Source: Octopus sinensis (lineage: Eukaryota). Taken from it: a DNA stretch of 64,000 bases. The stretch spans positions 69,006,001 to 69,070,000 of the forward strand of contig NC_043002.1 in NCBI RefSeq assembly GCF_006345805.1. Direction: 5' to 3'. The notes below the pieces were generated by a model. That model was not told the DNA's origin and did no database searches. It worked only from the letters and a program-made list of their open reading frames with translations. Positions 13,600-25,439 of the stretch are shown here, piece after piece (position 1 is the stretch's first letter; each line of letters starts with the position of its first letter). Position numbers and translations under genes: made by a program.

Positions 13600-14382
13600 G
13601 GTAAATTTCTCTTGCTGCCGAGACTGATCAATTTCTTGGGTGAGACATGGTTATATTTACTTATTATGCATGTAGTTAATAAAATGCATAGATGCGATGT
13701 TTTTAAAAGGGAAATCACTCCTGGAAGGGAGGTAACTCACGTGATTTTTATTTTTCTGATCGCTGACGTCGATAGAATTAACCATTGAAGGTGAAGCAGT
13801 AACATGGCACAGCCTAATGGTTGAAGTCAATAAAAGAATGACTACTTTTAAGTAAGCCCAAGCAAAGCTGATGGGGGACATTCAACCATTGAAACAGAGT
13901 AGTTATAAACAAGCATCACTGTCATACAAGAAGAGTTCCTTATTTCTAGTCTTCCATGAAAGGCATCAACTGTTGTAAATCTGCTTCAGTGAAATCCATC
14001 TGACCCATCGAAGCATGGCAAAATGGACATCAAACCGATGATGATTTCTTGAACTGCTTTTACATATTCACTCACTGCCCTAGTAATACTTTCTACTCTA
14101 AGCATAAGGCCTGAAATTTGGATGAGAAGGTGGTTTGTTGATTGTATTGACACCAGTGCTCTGTTGGTACCTATTTTATCAACCTTGAAAGGATGAAAGG
14201 CTAAGTCTACATAGGTGAATTTGAACTCTGTAAAGACAGACGAAATGATGCTAAGCATTTTGTTTGCTGTGTTAACGATTCTGTCATTGGTGGTAATCTA
14301 TTGATCTGCTGCTGTTGTATTAACACTGTTTTCTTGCATGGGCACAAAGCCAAAGACATTTTAGAAAGGTATATTGTTGATT

Positions 14383-14684
14383 GTGGAGGCACATGGCCTA
14401 GTGGTTAGAGCAGCGGACTTGTGGTTGAGGGATTGCAGGTTCGAATCTCAGACCGGGTGATGTATGTGTTTAGGAGCGAAACACCTAAGCTCCATATGGC
14501 TCTGGCAGAAGGTAATAGTGAACTTCTGCTGATTCTTTTGCCACAACTTTCTCTCAATTTTTCCTCCTGAATTTAGCAGCTCACCTTTGAAGGACTGGCG
14601 TTCTATCCAAGTGGGGAACCTATATGTCAATGAAACCTGGAAACTAGCCCTTATGAGCCAGGCATGGCTCATGAAGGAACAAAC
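14383..14684 (+). mobile_element. tRNA-derived SINE (separate family)
   Basis: A box TGGCCTAGTGG, B box GGTTCGAATC, 3' hairpin ATGAGCCA-GGCA-TGGCTCAT, 10-bp TSD ATTGTTGATT (14373-14382 / 14685-14694). Confidence 0.75.
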
Positions 14685-14967
14685 ATTGTTGATTATATCA
14701 GTTCAAAGACTTCAGTTTTTTTCCCCCTGGAAGATCGAAAAACAATGCTGACCTTGATCAGATATGAACTAATTATTTAATATACCAGAACTATGTACTG
14801 CAAAGCATTTTGTTTCTCACTCTACATATTATCCTTGTAATAATAATTGAGAACAGGTAAGAGATGTTTTGGTGTTGTTGAATTACTTGACATCAGATGT
14901 AATGTTTTTCTTGTGCTCTCCTTCTGTTTATATAAGTGAGCCTCAAGTTATGTTTGTATGTATGTAT

Positions 14968-15350
14968 TCTTTTACTTGTTTCAGCCATTTGACTGCAGTC
15001 ATGCTGGGGCACCACCTTTAGTTAAGCAAATTGACCCCAGGACTTATTCTTTGTAAGCCTAGTACTTACTCTATCGGTCTCTTCTGCCAAACCGTTAAGA
15101 AATGGGGCCGTAAACACACCAGCATTAGTTGTCAGGCAATGTTGTAGGGACAAACACAGACACACAAACATATATATATATATATATATATACAACAGGC
15201 TTCTTTCAGTTTCCATCTACCAAATCTACTCACTAGGCTTTGGTTGGCCAGAGGCTATAGTAGAAGACACTTCCCCAAATCACCACACAGTTGGACTGAA
15301 CCTGGAACCATATGGTTGGTAAGCAAGCTACTTAGTACATAGCCACTCCA
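14968..15350 (-). mobile_element. tRNA-derived SINE (family A) with internal (CA/TA)n
   Basis: Same sequence recurs at 20047-20408, 32635-33013, 46635-47268, 47762-48150, 48160-48320, 50350-50575, 53523-53841. Minus strand starts GGAGTGGCT.TG..GTAGCTTGC...GGTTCAGTCC (Pol III A/B-box head). Confidence 0.85.
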
Positions 15351-15512
15351 ACACCTAAAATTTTTTAACTAGATCTCTTATAATTTCTGGAAGAGATTTG
15401 AAACCACCACCTATGTGTTGTATTACTACTTCTCAACACCCATGCCTACTGGGCCATGGACACATGTACAGGGGTATGTTTACCACCAAAGCTAAATACA
15501 GATTAAATATCT

Positions 15513-16420
15513 ATAATAATGAGATTATTGTATACAGTGCTCAGGTGCACCACAACTTGTCAGAGTAAATGCAGTAATGTACAAATGTCTGGAAAGCGAA
15601 CAATGCATGAGTCAGATACATGCTTATGTGTGTTGGCGAATCTCAGAAAGCATGGAAGTTTTGAGAAAATCAGGTGTAGTGTTGGCGAATCTCAGAAAGC
15701 ATGGAAGTCTTGAAGGATGCAATGCTCCGACAACCAACAACTGATGCCAGCAGTTTGTTCCATGCTTCAGCAACTCTCAGCGTGAAAAAATGTTTCCTGA
15801 AGTCATGGGAGCTGTGCTGTTTTCTGACTTTGTAAATATGTCCACGGGTGTTAGATGGGTGGAGTTTGAAAAGGTGCTCAGAGTTATTGTTTGTACGATG
15901 GTTGATAATTTTATGTGTGTTGGAGTTTCAATGTCTCCATGCCCAGGGAAGTAAGGCGTTCAGAATATGGTAAATGCCTGATGGAGGGTATTCTTTTGGT
16001 TGCATGTCGCTGAACAGCTTCCAGACAATTGATATCCTGGGTAAGATAGGGGTTCTAGACCGGTGATGCAAATTCCAGGTGAGGTCTTAGCATAGCTATA
16101 TAAAGCCGCAGATAGATAGTCGGAGAGTGGCTCACAAAGGATTTGGTGAGTGATGCCAAGACACCCTCAGCCTTCTTGACAATTTTAGCGATGTGTTTTG
16201 TCCAACGCAAATCACTGTCGACAATAACACCCAGGTCACGTTCACATGAAGACTTTTTGAGACTAGTGTTGTGGTGGGAGTAGGTGGACGCTGGGTTTCT
16301 CCTCCCAAAATGCATGGTGGTACATTTGTCCACAGCGAGCTTGAGTTGCCAGTCCATGATCCACTGCTGCATTGTGTCCAGGTCTGCTTGCAATAGAGAT
16401 CTATCTATTCAGCTGTGCCA
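15513..16420 (-). mobile_element. CR1-clade LINE, 5'-truncated 3' fragment
   Basis: ORF 16055-16393 LQADLD..WQLKLAVDKC..MHFG..ERDLGVIVDSDLRW..H..LYIAMLRPHLEFASPV is the typical CR1 RT C-terminus. It is followed by a decayed C-terminus and 3'UTR with a tandem ~33-bp duplication at ~15630-15713. Confidence 0.85.
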
Positions 16421-17519
16421 GATAGTCAGAGTCCAAACAGCCATGTCCAGTCATTTCATCACAAATTAGAACATAAGCACAAAGTTAGAAATTTGAGAAA
16501 GATAGTGGATTAAAATTCACCTTAGTACTTGATTGGTATTTTATTTAACCTTGGCAGGATTTGAACTTACGATGTAAAGAGCCAGAACAGATATCACAAA
16601 GTATTTTGTCCCGACTCTTTAACAATTCTGCAGACCCACTACCCTTTTATAACATAGCCACAAAACCAGACATTTGGTGGGTGGGGATGCATTGAATCAC
16701 TCTGCAACCCCAGCACTTAGTATAAATGGTACATTACAGACCCTGGAAGGATAAATCTAGCAGTTCATGAACTCAGGAAGTAATTTCAGCAATGTTCTAA
16801 CAATATCGTCAATCCACTAGCCTGACGTATATAAAATACCACTAGAATTTTGTGATGTCCTGGCTGTCACTAATCTTGTACTCCCTATTCTGTTCATTTT
16901 TATTTGTACCCTGATCTCACCACCCTTTCTTCCTTTACTGCAGCCACACCTTTGTGTCACTTCTACAAGGTCTCTGTTCTGCTTTCTTACTTTAGCTTCT
17001 CTACAACTGGCACAATGCCACCTCTCTCAATAATGCACCTTCACTCTGTCAAGTAGCCTAGTCTTGTGAGTTACTTGGTGAGCTCACTTATGGTGGTGCT
17101 ATGAATAAAACATCCAAAATACTTTATAAAGTGATTGGCATTAGGAAGGCCATCCAGCTGAAGTAGATACTGGTGTAGTCAGATCCAGCATAGAACGTGG
17201 ATATTAAATGATGATAACTAAGGCACAAGATTACATTGATCTTCAGTAATTGTCTGGTAGTTTTTTTATCAACCTTCACAGGAATTGATCTCAGAATATG
17301 GTAGGATAACTAAAAAGTGCAAGAGTCTTCATTTTATTCATTCTGTCACCTGTCACTCTTATAATACTGATTTAGGCACAAGACCAGCAATTTGAGAGGA
17401 GGGGGTGTCAGTTGATACAATTCACCTCAGTACTTGACTGATCATTTTATTATCCTCAAAAAGATAGAAGGCAAAGTCAACATTGCAGGATTTGAACTCA
17501 GAATGTACAGCTGTGACTC

Positions 17520-17800
17520 AGTACCGTCACACTGAACTGGCTCCCATGCCGGTGGCACGTAAAAAGCACCATTCGAGTGTGGTTGATGCTGATACCACCT
17601 GACTGGCCCCCATGCCAGTGGCATATAAAAAGCACCCAATACACTCAAAGTGGTTGGCATTAGGAAGGGCATCCAGCTGTAGGAACCTTGCCAGATCAGA
17701 AAGGAGCCTAGAGCAGTCGCCTGGGTTGCCAGTCCTCAGTCAAACCATCCAACCCATGCCAGCATGGAAAGCAGACATTAAACGATGATAATGATGATTT
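17520..17800 (+). mobile_element. RTE 3'-tail-derived short element (family C)
   Basis: GGCATTAGGAAGGGCATCCAGCTGTAG...CCCATGCCAGCATGGAAA...(GAT)n matches the 3'UTR of the RTE at 33365-33700. Other copies at ~1580-1775(+), 17060-17220(+), 19255-19460(-), 20450-20650(-), 36527-36793(-), 54422-54512(-), 60760-60960(+). Confidence 0.8.
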
Positions 17801-19682
17801 TGTGATGCTCTAATGGTTCTGTCAATCTAGCACCCTCAATCTTACAATAACCTTTACATAAGTTCAAAGTTACAAGTTTATAAAGAAGTGTGTTACGACA
17901 GCATAACATCATGATGCTTCAAGTGTATTATTTGCATAAGTGAAAAGTAATTGGTTTTAACTGGGTATCGCAACCAGACTTAGTCAAGCCATAGCATTAT
18001 TTCTTACAAAAATCAGTCTCATAGTAAAATTTAATGACGTAGAAAATTTAAGTTGCAGGGAGTGATGTATTTGTATATCTTCAATGCTACTTTCTCTTTT
18101 GTTCTTCTGCCATTTTACCCCCCTCCCCAATATTGTTGACTGCTATAGACTCTTGCAATAAACAGTTGTCTATTGATGTCTCCTTTGTGATTCTCTCATC
18201 ATTAATTAAGCATTTATGAGGTCTATATTTTGCTGAGGAGCTCTAATAAGAATGCAATATGTTCAGAGTTGTCTCCTGTATTGCCAAATCACTTGGGCCC
18301 TTCAGTTACCAACTTGCTTGAGAACACTTCTGATTCTGTAATAGAAGCTTCCTGTTTAAAGTAATCTAAGCTAAAACCTTCCATAAAAATTTCATGTTAC
18401 GTTCTAAACATCAAATTAAGAATGGTAGACTTAGTTAACAAAATTCTCCATTATTTTGAAGATTAATTGAAACTAAGGCAATGTATTTTCAACAGAAATA
18501 TGGAAACAGAAGGGTTAAATAATATCAACCATTAAACTATTGTTTTTTCTTCACATAATTATTTCTAATTACATTTTATTAAGCTCATGACATTAACCTT
18601 TTAGCATTCAGATGACTGAGAAATCTGTGATGTTTATATATTTACATTATTTTGAATTAATCATGAGTTATCTCAAAGCTAAGGGATATAACTTACTGAC
18701 TGACAAATATAAGTATGGGTTAAAAGTTTAGAGGTTGCTTTGCAATCATGAAGTTCCAAGTTCAAAGCAACTACAGCAAAAGAGTGCTGTGCAGTGGGAC
18801 AGAACATGAAAGTACTTGGTTGGGAAGTGAATTTTTTAATTGCACAAACATACCTGCATCTTTCTCTCTTCCCCCGTCTGTACATATACACACACATATA
18901 TAAAAAGAGTCAAGACACCCATTGGTAATGAAGGACAATGGGATTGCACCTAGAAAGTTCCCCTATGATTTAAGTCCTGGCAAGGTTGTTTATGGAAGAC
19001 CAGCAGTCGCCCATGCATACCAGCTTCCTCTCTCCACATCATCAATGTTACCCAAGCGAAAGGAAAAAGGTGTTACATCACAACTCATTTCAGTTGAGTG
19101 AACTGGAACACTGTGAAATAAAGTGTCTTTCTCAAGAACACAATGCACAGCCCAGTCTGGGAATCAAACTCACTACATCATGATTGTGAGCCTGATGCTC
19201 TAACCACCAAGCCATGCACCTTCCCAAGTATGTGTGTGTATATATATATATATTTCATCATTGTTATTTAATGTTCATTTACAACACTGGCATGCACTGG
19301 ATGGTTTGACAGGGTTCAGTGTTCCATGTCAGGCTCCAGTGCTAGCTTTGGCATGGTTTCTATATCTGGGTCTATTTCCCATGCCAACCCCTTTACTACA
19401 TGTATTGGGTGCTTTATTTGTCACACAGGAACTAGCGAGGTCACCAAATAATTTGCAAACCAAAGAAAAGGAAAGGAAAAAAAACCCTGCTTGATTGAAT
19501 GAAACTGCATTTCAAAAAGGGGGAAGATGGATTTATGTCAGGTATTGAAGGCTAAAGTATGACAGAAGGAAGGCAAACCTGGAAAAAGAGTTATTATCTA
19601 ATCATTAAATCATTATTTTATTTAAGCAAACAATAATAAAAAAACAAAAAACAAATCAGGAGAACAATTTAACAAGATTTAA

Positions 19683-19952
19683 TTATCTTTTCTTTTTGGA
19701 AAATTTTCTGACCCCTTCATTGGGGTTTCTTCTGTTCCATGGTTTAACCTCCTGTCCTTTAATTCCAAGCTGTGCAGCTCTACTAGTCAAATCGTGGATT
19801 CTAAATGGAGATTGTCCAACAACATAATTTTCATCAAAGACATTTAGTCTCTGCAAAGCTTTCTTAGTTGCCCGCTGTTGTGGGAGCCTCTGGTCTTCAA
19901 ACAAGATAGGGTTGTTAGAATGTTTGCCACCTTGGGGCAGTGGAAGGGAATA
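19683..19952 (-). CDS. NOB1: NOB1 exon 8 (last coding exon)
   Basis: YSLPLPQGGKHSNNPILFEDQRLPQQR...SPFRIHDLTSRAAQLG...RRNPN..RKFSKKKR* matches the NOB1 C-terminus. Acceptor ttgcag|TAT; AATAAA on minus strand at 19617-19622. Confidence 0.95.
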   Translation of the reverse strand, partial: YSLPLPQGGKHSNNPILFEDQRLPQQRATKKALQRLNVFDENYVVGQSPFRIHDLTSRAAQLGIKGQEVKPWNRRNPNEGVRKFSKKKR

Positions 19953-20046
19953 CTGCAAGAAATCAAGTTACAAAAGCTTTTAGCAAATTTAAGCCTGTTA
20001 GAAATATTTACGTTTTAGAATTATCAATACTAAGATTTAAAAGGTA

Positions 20047-20184
20047 TCGCCTTTAGTCGAGCAAATCAACCCCAGGGCTTATTCTTTGTAAGCCTAGTAC
20101 TTATTCTATCGGTCTCTCTTGCCGAACCGCTAAGTGACGGGGATGTAAACACACCAGCATCGGTTGTCAAGTGATGTTGGGAGG

Positions 20185-20248
<64 letters not shown>

Positions 20249-20408
20249 GATGAGCTTCTTTCAGTTTCCGTTTACCAAATGCACTCACAAGGCTTTGGTC
20301 GGCCCAAGGCTATAGTAGAAGACACTTGCCCAAGGTGCCACGCAGTGGGACTGAACCCTGAACCATGTGGTTGATAAGCAAGCTAATTACCACACAGCCA
20401 CTCCTGCG
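20047..20408 (-). mobile_element. SINE family A copy in NOB1 intron 7
   Basis: Near-identical to the 32635-33013 and 46888-47268 copies. Confidence 0.85.
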
Positions 20409-21189
20409 ATATTACATGAAATTTTATATATTTTTGATAATTCTTTTTTATTGTCATCATTTAATATCTGCTTTCCATACTGGAATGATTTGGATGGTTT
20501 GACAACAGCTGGCAAGCTAGAGGGCTGTGCCAAGCTGTTTGCTTTGGCATGGTTTCGACCACTAAAGGCAACCACTTCAGAGTGTACTGGGTGCTTTTTA
20601 TAGGGCACCAACAATAGTGTAGTCACCAGGTAACTTGCAAGACAAAAACCTCTTGTGAATATTATAAAGGTTGAGAATCTAGTGAGCTGAATTCATGATC
20701 CAGTCTTGATGTCTTCTTTGCTGTTATAATTTCCTAAAAACCTCAGTTGTGTTAAAGAGAAGTGGGAAGTTGGTGTTTTCGTTTTTATTAAGGGTATAAG
20801 CAACAAACTAAATCGATCCAACTAGGTTTTGAAATTAGGTTATAGAGTGAGTACCAGAGTGGTGTTCGCTGCAACATTGTCAGTAACAATTTCTTTGGAC
20901 ATTCATGCCTTCTGCAAGGGACTTTAGAAGCATTAATAAAATAAAATATCTTTTTCTCAGAATCAAAATCAATTGCAAATTTCACCTGCAAGAAGCTTAC
21001 AGCTACGTTTATAGTACATATCAATAGGTAAATTATGCATAATTTCAAGGCAGTGCTCCAACATAGCCACAGTCTAATGACTGAAACAAGTAAAAGATAC
21101 TAAATGTTAACAGATTACAATAGCTGTAAAGTCTGTTGATCATATGTTGTGGTGATATTTTTTGTGTCTCTGAACAAGACAGAACTCTT

Positions 21190-21410
21190 TATTTTTTTTT
21201 ATTGCCCACAAGGGGCTAAACATAGAGGGGACAGACAAGGGATTAAGTTGATTACATCGATCCCAGTGTGTAACTGGTACTTAATTTATCAACCCCGAAA
21301 GGATGAAAGGCAAAGTCAACCTCAGCGGAATTTGAACTCAGAACATAACGGCAGACGAAATACCGCTAAGCATTTCACCCGGTGTGCTAACATTTCTGCC
21401 AGCTTACCAC
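21190..21410 (-). mobile_element. SINE family B copy in NOB1 intron 7
   Basis: Reverse-complement homolog of the 12581-12799 sequence. Confidence 0.85.
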
Positions 21411-21861
21411 CTTTTCTCTGCGGATTATTTTGACCGAATAATGCAAAAGGCCCTACTTTTACTTCAGAATTAATAAGAGGATATTTAATTGCGAAGACAA
21501 ATCTTTCACAACATTCTAGAATAGAAAAAAGTTTGAAAACTACCAAAAAATTAATAACATTATGTAGAAAATAATGAAAAAGATATAAGATACAAATTTA
21601 CAAATTAAATGGAATAAAGAATAACAAAGGAAAAAGAAACAAAAAAAAAGGCACTATATTAACACAATAAATAAAAAAAGTATTCTTGGTTGTAGAAAAA
21701 TAAAAAAGAGAAAAAGATCACAGTTTAAGATGGCACAGATCATAAATGAAACAAAGCACTTTTATTATCTGTATTTCATAAAAAAATTTCAGAGACAAGA
21801 AGTGATTTTCTTGATCTCATTTTGCAGTCAGATGCAAAAGTATGTGAAGAGTGCAACTTAC

Positions 21862-22003
21862 TTTAAGTCCACGGCAGTTCAGAAGACGCCTGGAACTGAA
21901 ATGATATTGAATACTTCCATCATCTTTGACAGTCATAGTAATTCTCTTTAATGTTTTATTTCCACATGATGGACAAAACAGCTTTGTAAGAACTGTACAG
22001 ATT
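21862..22003 (-). CDS. NOB1: NOB1 exon 7 (zinc ribbon second CxxC)
   Basis: (K)ICTVLTKLFCPSCGNKTLKRITMTVKDDGSIQYHFSSRRLLNCRGLK; acceptor ttgcag, donor GTAAGT; 142 nt, phases consistent. Confidence 0.95.
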
Positions 22004-22518
22004 CTGCAAGAAGAAAAGAAGATAGTGATTAGAAGTAAGTTTGTGCAGAAGAAGAAATAGTTCTTGTGTAATTACTTTTAGCAATAAATGCTGAGTAATT
22101 CTTCTCTGCCTCCACCATCATCACCTTCGTAACTTATTCCTATTTTAAAAGCCAACAAGAGAGCCTCTATGTTGTTGTTTGACTTACAATAGCAGCCAAA
22201 CCAATCTCAAATCACATCCGGCTGATACACTGGACAATGTATCCCTACACACAATACATCTGAATAAAAGATGAAATTGTTACAAGTCGGGCAAATTTAA
22301 TCATAGGCCTAATCTATCAGAGTCAACCTGGATAGGGAAAGGTGACATATCATTCATATTTTGCAAGCTAGAATGAAATGAGTCTACAATGCAGCATTCT
22401 TCCATGCATTGCTGTCTTTCACAATCTCTTCTGTGAGGTATGATACTTTTAGATCTGACATCACTCCAAGCCTGTCTTTATTTTTCTTAGTCTACCACTT
22501 TTACACTACCTCACTACT

Positions 22519-23244
22519 TCAGCTTGCAGTTTATTGTCAACCGGTGCAGAGTTCTCTGACCAAATCACAGCTGATTATCGGAGCAGATGTAGCATAGGTT
22601 AGAAGTAGCTGCTACACATGCTTCATCCAACATGTATTAGATGAAATGACTTAAGTGTTATACTGTACAGCAGACACAACAAACCCAGAGCACATAGGAT
22701 AACAGACTTTAAGCTACAGGTGTCTAGCTTTAAGGCATCCACTAATATGTAATATTTCCTCCAACAAATCACATACAAACAACCAATTTTGGAAGAATGC
22801 ATAAAAAGGGATATGCAATGACAACAGAACATTCTTTACTGTAAAGGCTTTATTGTTGCCACAAAAGAATAAGGATGTAAACTGTTTTTAAAAATCCAGT
22901 CTGATTATATATTTTCTATTATGTTGCAAGGTTGTGTGGGTGTGTGTGAGGAATGGTGAGATTAATTACATGTAAGTTCAAGGGATCAAAGATGTCCCTT
23001 AACACTGACTATAACAATATATCCCCAACTGCAAAGCAGGTGTAGAGTTTATGTTCAGAGTTTCGGAAGGAATACAACTCCACATGTGGCCCCCAGTTGC
23101 ATGCATACACACTTTGGGATAATGTGATCTGTATTAGCTCAGCTTGCAGTTTATTGTCGACCAGTGCAGAGGTTTCTCTGACCAAATCACAGCTGATTAT
23201 AGGAGCAGATGTAGCATAGGTTTGAAGTGGCTGGTACACATGCT
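22519..23244. repeat. Direct repeat pair of a ~105-bp unit (22519-22622 and 23139-23244) in NOB1 intron 6
   Basis: TCAGCTTGCAGTTTATTGTC...GAGCAGATGTAGCATAGGTT...TACACATGCT present twice with a few substitutions and unrelated flanks. Confidence 0.9.
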
Positions 23245-23672
23245 AGTTAACCCATAGCTGGGGCCCTAACAAGTGCTACTACTCTGGGTCAGAGTAGACC
23301 TGGGAAGAATAGTGGCTAAGAGGTGGTTCAACTTAGCTGAAAACCCTGGAACTCCCCTGCCAAGGCCCTATTATCAGATGCAGTCTATAGTCATACCCAG
23401 GACAAAAGATATTTTAATAAATCATTAGTAACCATACTAAAAGAAGTGTAATAATGATTAAATGCACAAGGCCTCAATTTTACAGCAAAAGGAAATAAGA
23501 CCATTTCACATGCCTGCCTTCAAGGACATAAATAAAGTGATTTATCTTTAACTAAGAAACAAAATCATACATTTAATAAGAACCCACTTCTATGATACCC
23601 AAAATAATAAAGGCAATATAAGCATGTTTTATAAATGCTTTCTTTCATCATTTATTTAACTGAAAAACTTAC

Positions 23673-23770
23673 TTCATACAAGCTGAACACCTGAGTACAT
23701 AACTTTTTGCTTGTTTGATGAGAAGACCATCGACTGACAGAACATTCAAACCCATTTGAATAAGGACATT
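23673..23770 (-). CDS. NOB1: NOB1 exon 6 (zinc ribbon first CxxC)
   Basis: NVLIQMGLNVLSVDGLLIKQAKSYVLRCSACM(K); acceptor tttcag, donor GTAAGT; 98 nt. Confidence 0.95.
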
Positions 23771-23847
23771 CTGAAAATTAAAATAAAATAAAATCTTAAA
23801 GGTACACAAGAAAGGATTTAAACTATACGTTATTAATATTACTTAAA

Positions 23848-24630
23848 GCTAGCAGAATTTGTTAGCATGCCAGGTAAAATGCTTAGCGGTATTACATCTG
23901 CTGTTATGTTCTGAGTCCAAATTCTACTGAGGTCGACTTGGCCTTTTATCCCTCTTGGTGTCAATAAAATAAGTACCAGTTATGCACTGGGGTTGATGTA
24001 ATCAACTAGCCCCCCGCCCCCACCAAATTTCCAAGGCCTTGTGACTAGAGTAGAAATAATTTACATTACTTAACCCGGATACATCAGTAAACTTAATTAC
24101 ATAATAATTGGTAGCTTTTTCCCACCAGAGTCTGTTAAACATCATTACCATCACCATTTTAACACCCACTTCTTCGTGATAATATGAGTCAGATGTCCCT
24201 CCTATTGACAACCCGTATCTGTTTCAAAGCAAGGCCGGAAACAGGTTCCAATGGCTGGACATACTTCCATGGAAGATTGGAAATGAATGAAATCACTTGC
24301 ATGATGACGATGCTTGTTTACAACTATTGAGTCATGTCAGGACGAGACACACACACACACAATGACAAGCTTCTTTCAGTTTCTTATTTCTTTATTACCT
24401 CTATGTTTAGCCCCTTGCGGGCTAAACATAGAGGGGACAAACAAGGACAGACAAAGGGATTAAGTCAATTAGATCAACCCCAGTGTGTAACTGGTACTTA
24501 ATTTATCGACCCCAAAAGGATGAAAGGCAAAGTCGACCTCGGCGGAATTTGAACATACAACGTAACAGCAGACGGAATACCACTAAGCATTTTGCCTGGT
24601 GTACTAACACTTCTGCCAGCTTGTCGCCTT
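23848..24630. mobile_element. Two inverted SINE family B copies (~23848-24055 +, ~24385-24630 -) in NOB1 intron 5
   Basis: GTTCTGAGTCCAAATTCTACTGAGGTCGAC on + versus GTCGACCTCGGCGGAATTTGAAC on the opposite strand. Confidence 0.8.
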
Positions 24631-25201
24631 ATTTCTTTCAGCTTCTGACTACCAAATTTACTCAAAGGTTTTGGTCAGCCCTGGGCTATAGTAGAAGACA
24701 CTTGCCCAAGGTGTTGTGCAGTGGGATTGAACTTGAAACTATTTGGTTGCAAAGTGAGCTTCTTAACAACAGCCATACCCGGAAAAAAAAAAGTTGAATT
24801 TTTAAATAAATGACACACTATAACTGGTTTATATACAAGGGAAATTCTGAAACAGGATATTGAAATAGTTATAACTGGGTCAAACCAGTTAATGGGCAGT
24901 AATAAAAGAAGCATTCATGGAGGTAAGTGAAAATGGCAAACAATATTCAGGAATGAAAGAAATGAGAACCAATCCCATAGAACCACACATGGTAACAATT
25001 CAATGACTAAAAGTATACAAAATAAACTGAGGAAAAGGTGATAGGCATTATTGGTGAGAATAAAATATTTTGAGAACAGAAAAAACAAATACACGAAATT
25101 GATAAATATTGATTCTAAATTTTGACACAAGGCCAGCAATTTCAGGGGAGGGGATACATCAATTACAGTGACCCCAGTACTCAACTGGTACTTATTTTAC
25201 A

Positions 25202-25367
25202 GTTCTATATTTAAGAGATGAGGAATTATGTACATTATTTACATTCGACTGTCCTCATCTTTTTTGTTGTTAACACAATGTTTCGGCTGATATACCCACT
25301 CAGTTTTCTTTAGGTGTCTTGGGGAAACCACTACGCCATATGCCCTTGGGCATATGGCGTAGTGGTT
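25202..25367 (-). mobile_element. Penelope-type short repeat remnant with decayed minimal hammerhead and palindromic tRNA-like head
   Basis: Minus strand GACAC-CTAAAGA-A-AACTGA-loop-TCAGCC-GAAA-CATT-GTGTT (25318..25272) has type I hammerhead layout. Adjacent perfect 20-bp inverted repeat at 25326-25367. Confidence 0.55.
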
Positions 25368-25439
25368 ACTTTTCACTGTGAGAGAGAGAGGCCTTTTGTT
25401 GCAATTATAATTTAGTTTTATGTACTGTAGAATTAATCC

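Noticed and set aside
14388-14460. tRNA gene (also the tRNA-like heads of SINE families A and B)
   Set aside because: Has A/B boxes but no proper cloverleaf, continues into a repeat body and is bounded by a TSD: a SINE head.
20066-20374. Recurrent short ORFs such as MCIYIYI..., ...EDTCPRCHAVGLNPEPCG and ...YRPQKDERQS at many positions
   Set aside because: Translations of SINE and microsatellite sequence, not a protein family.
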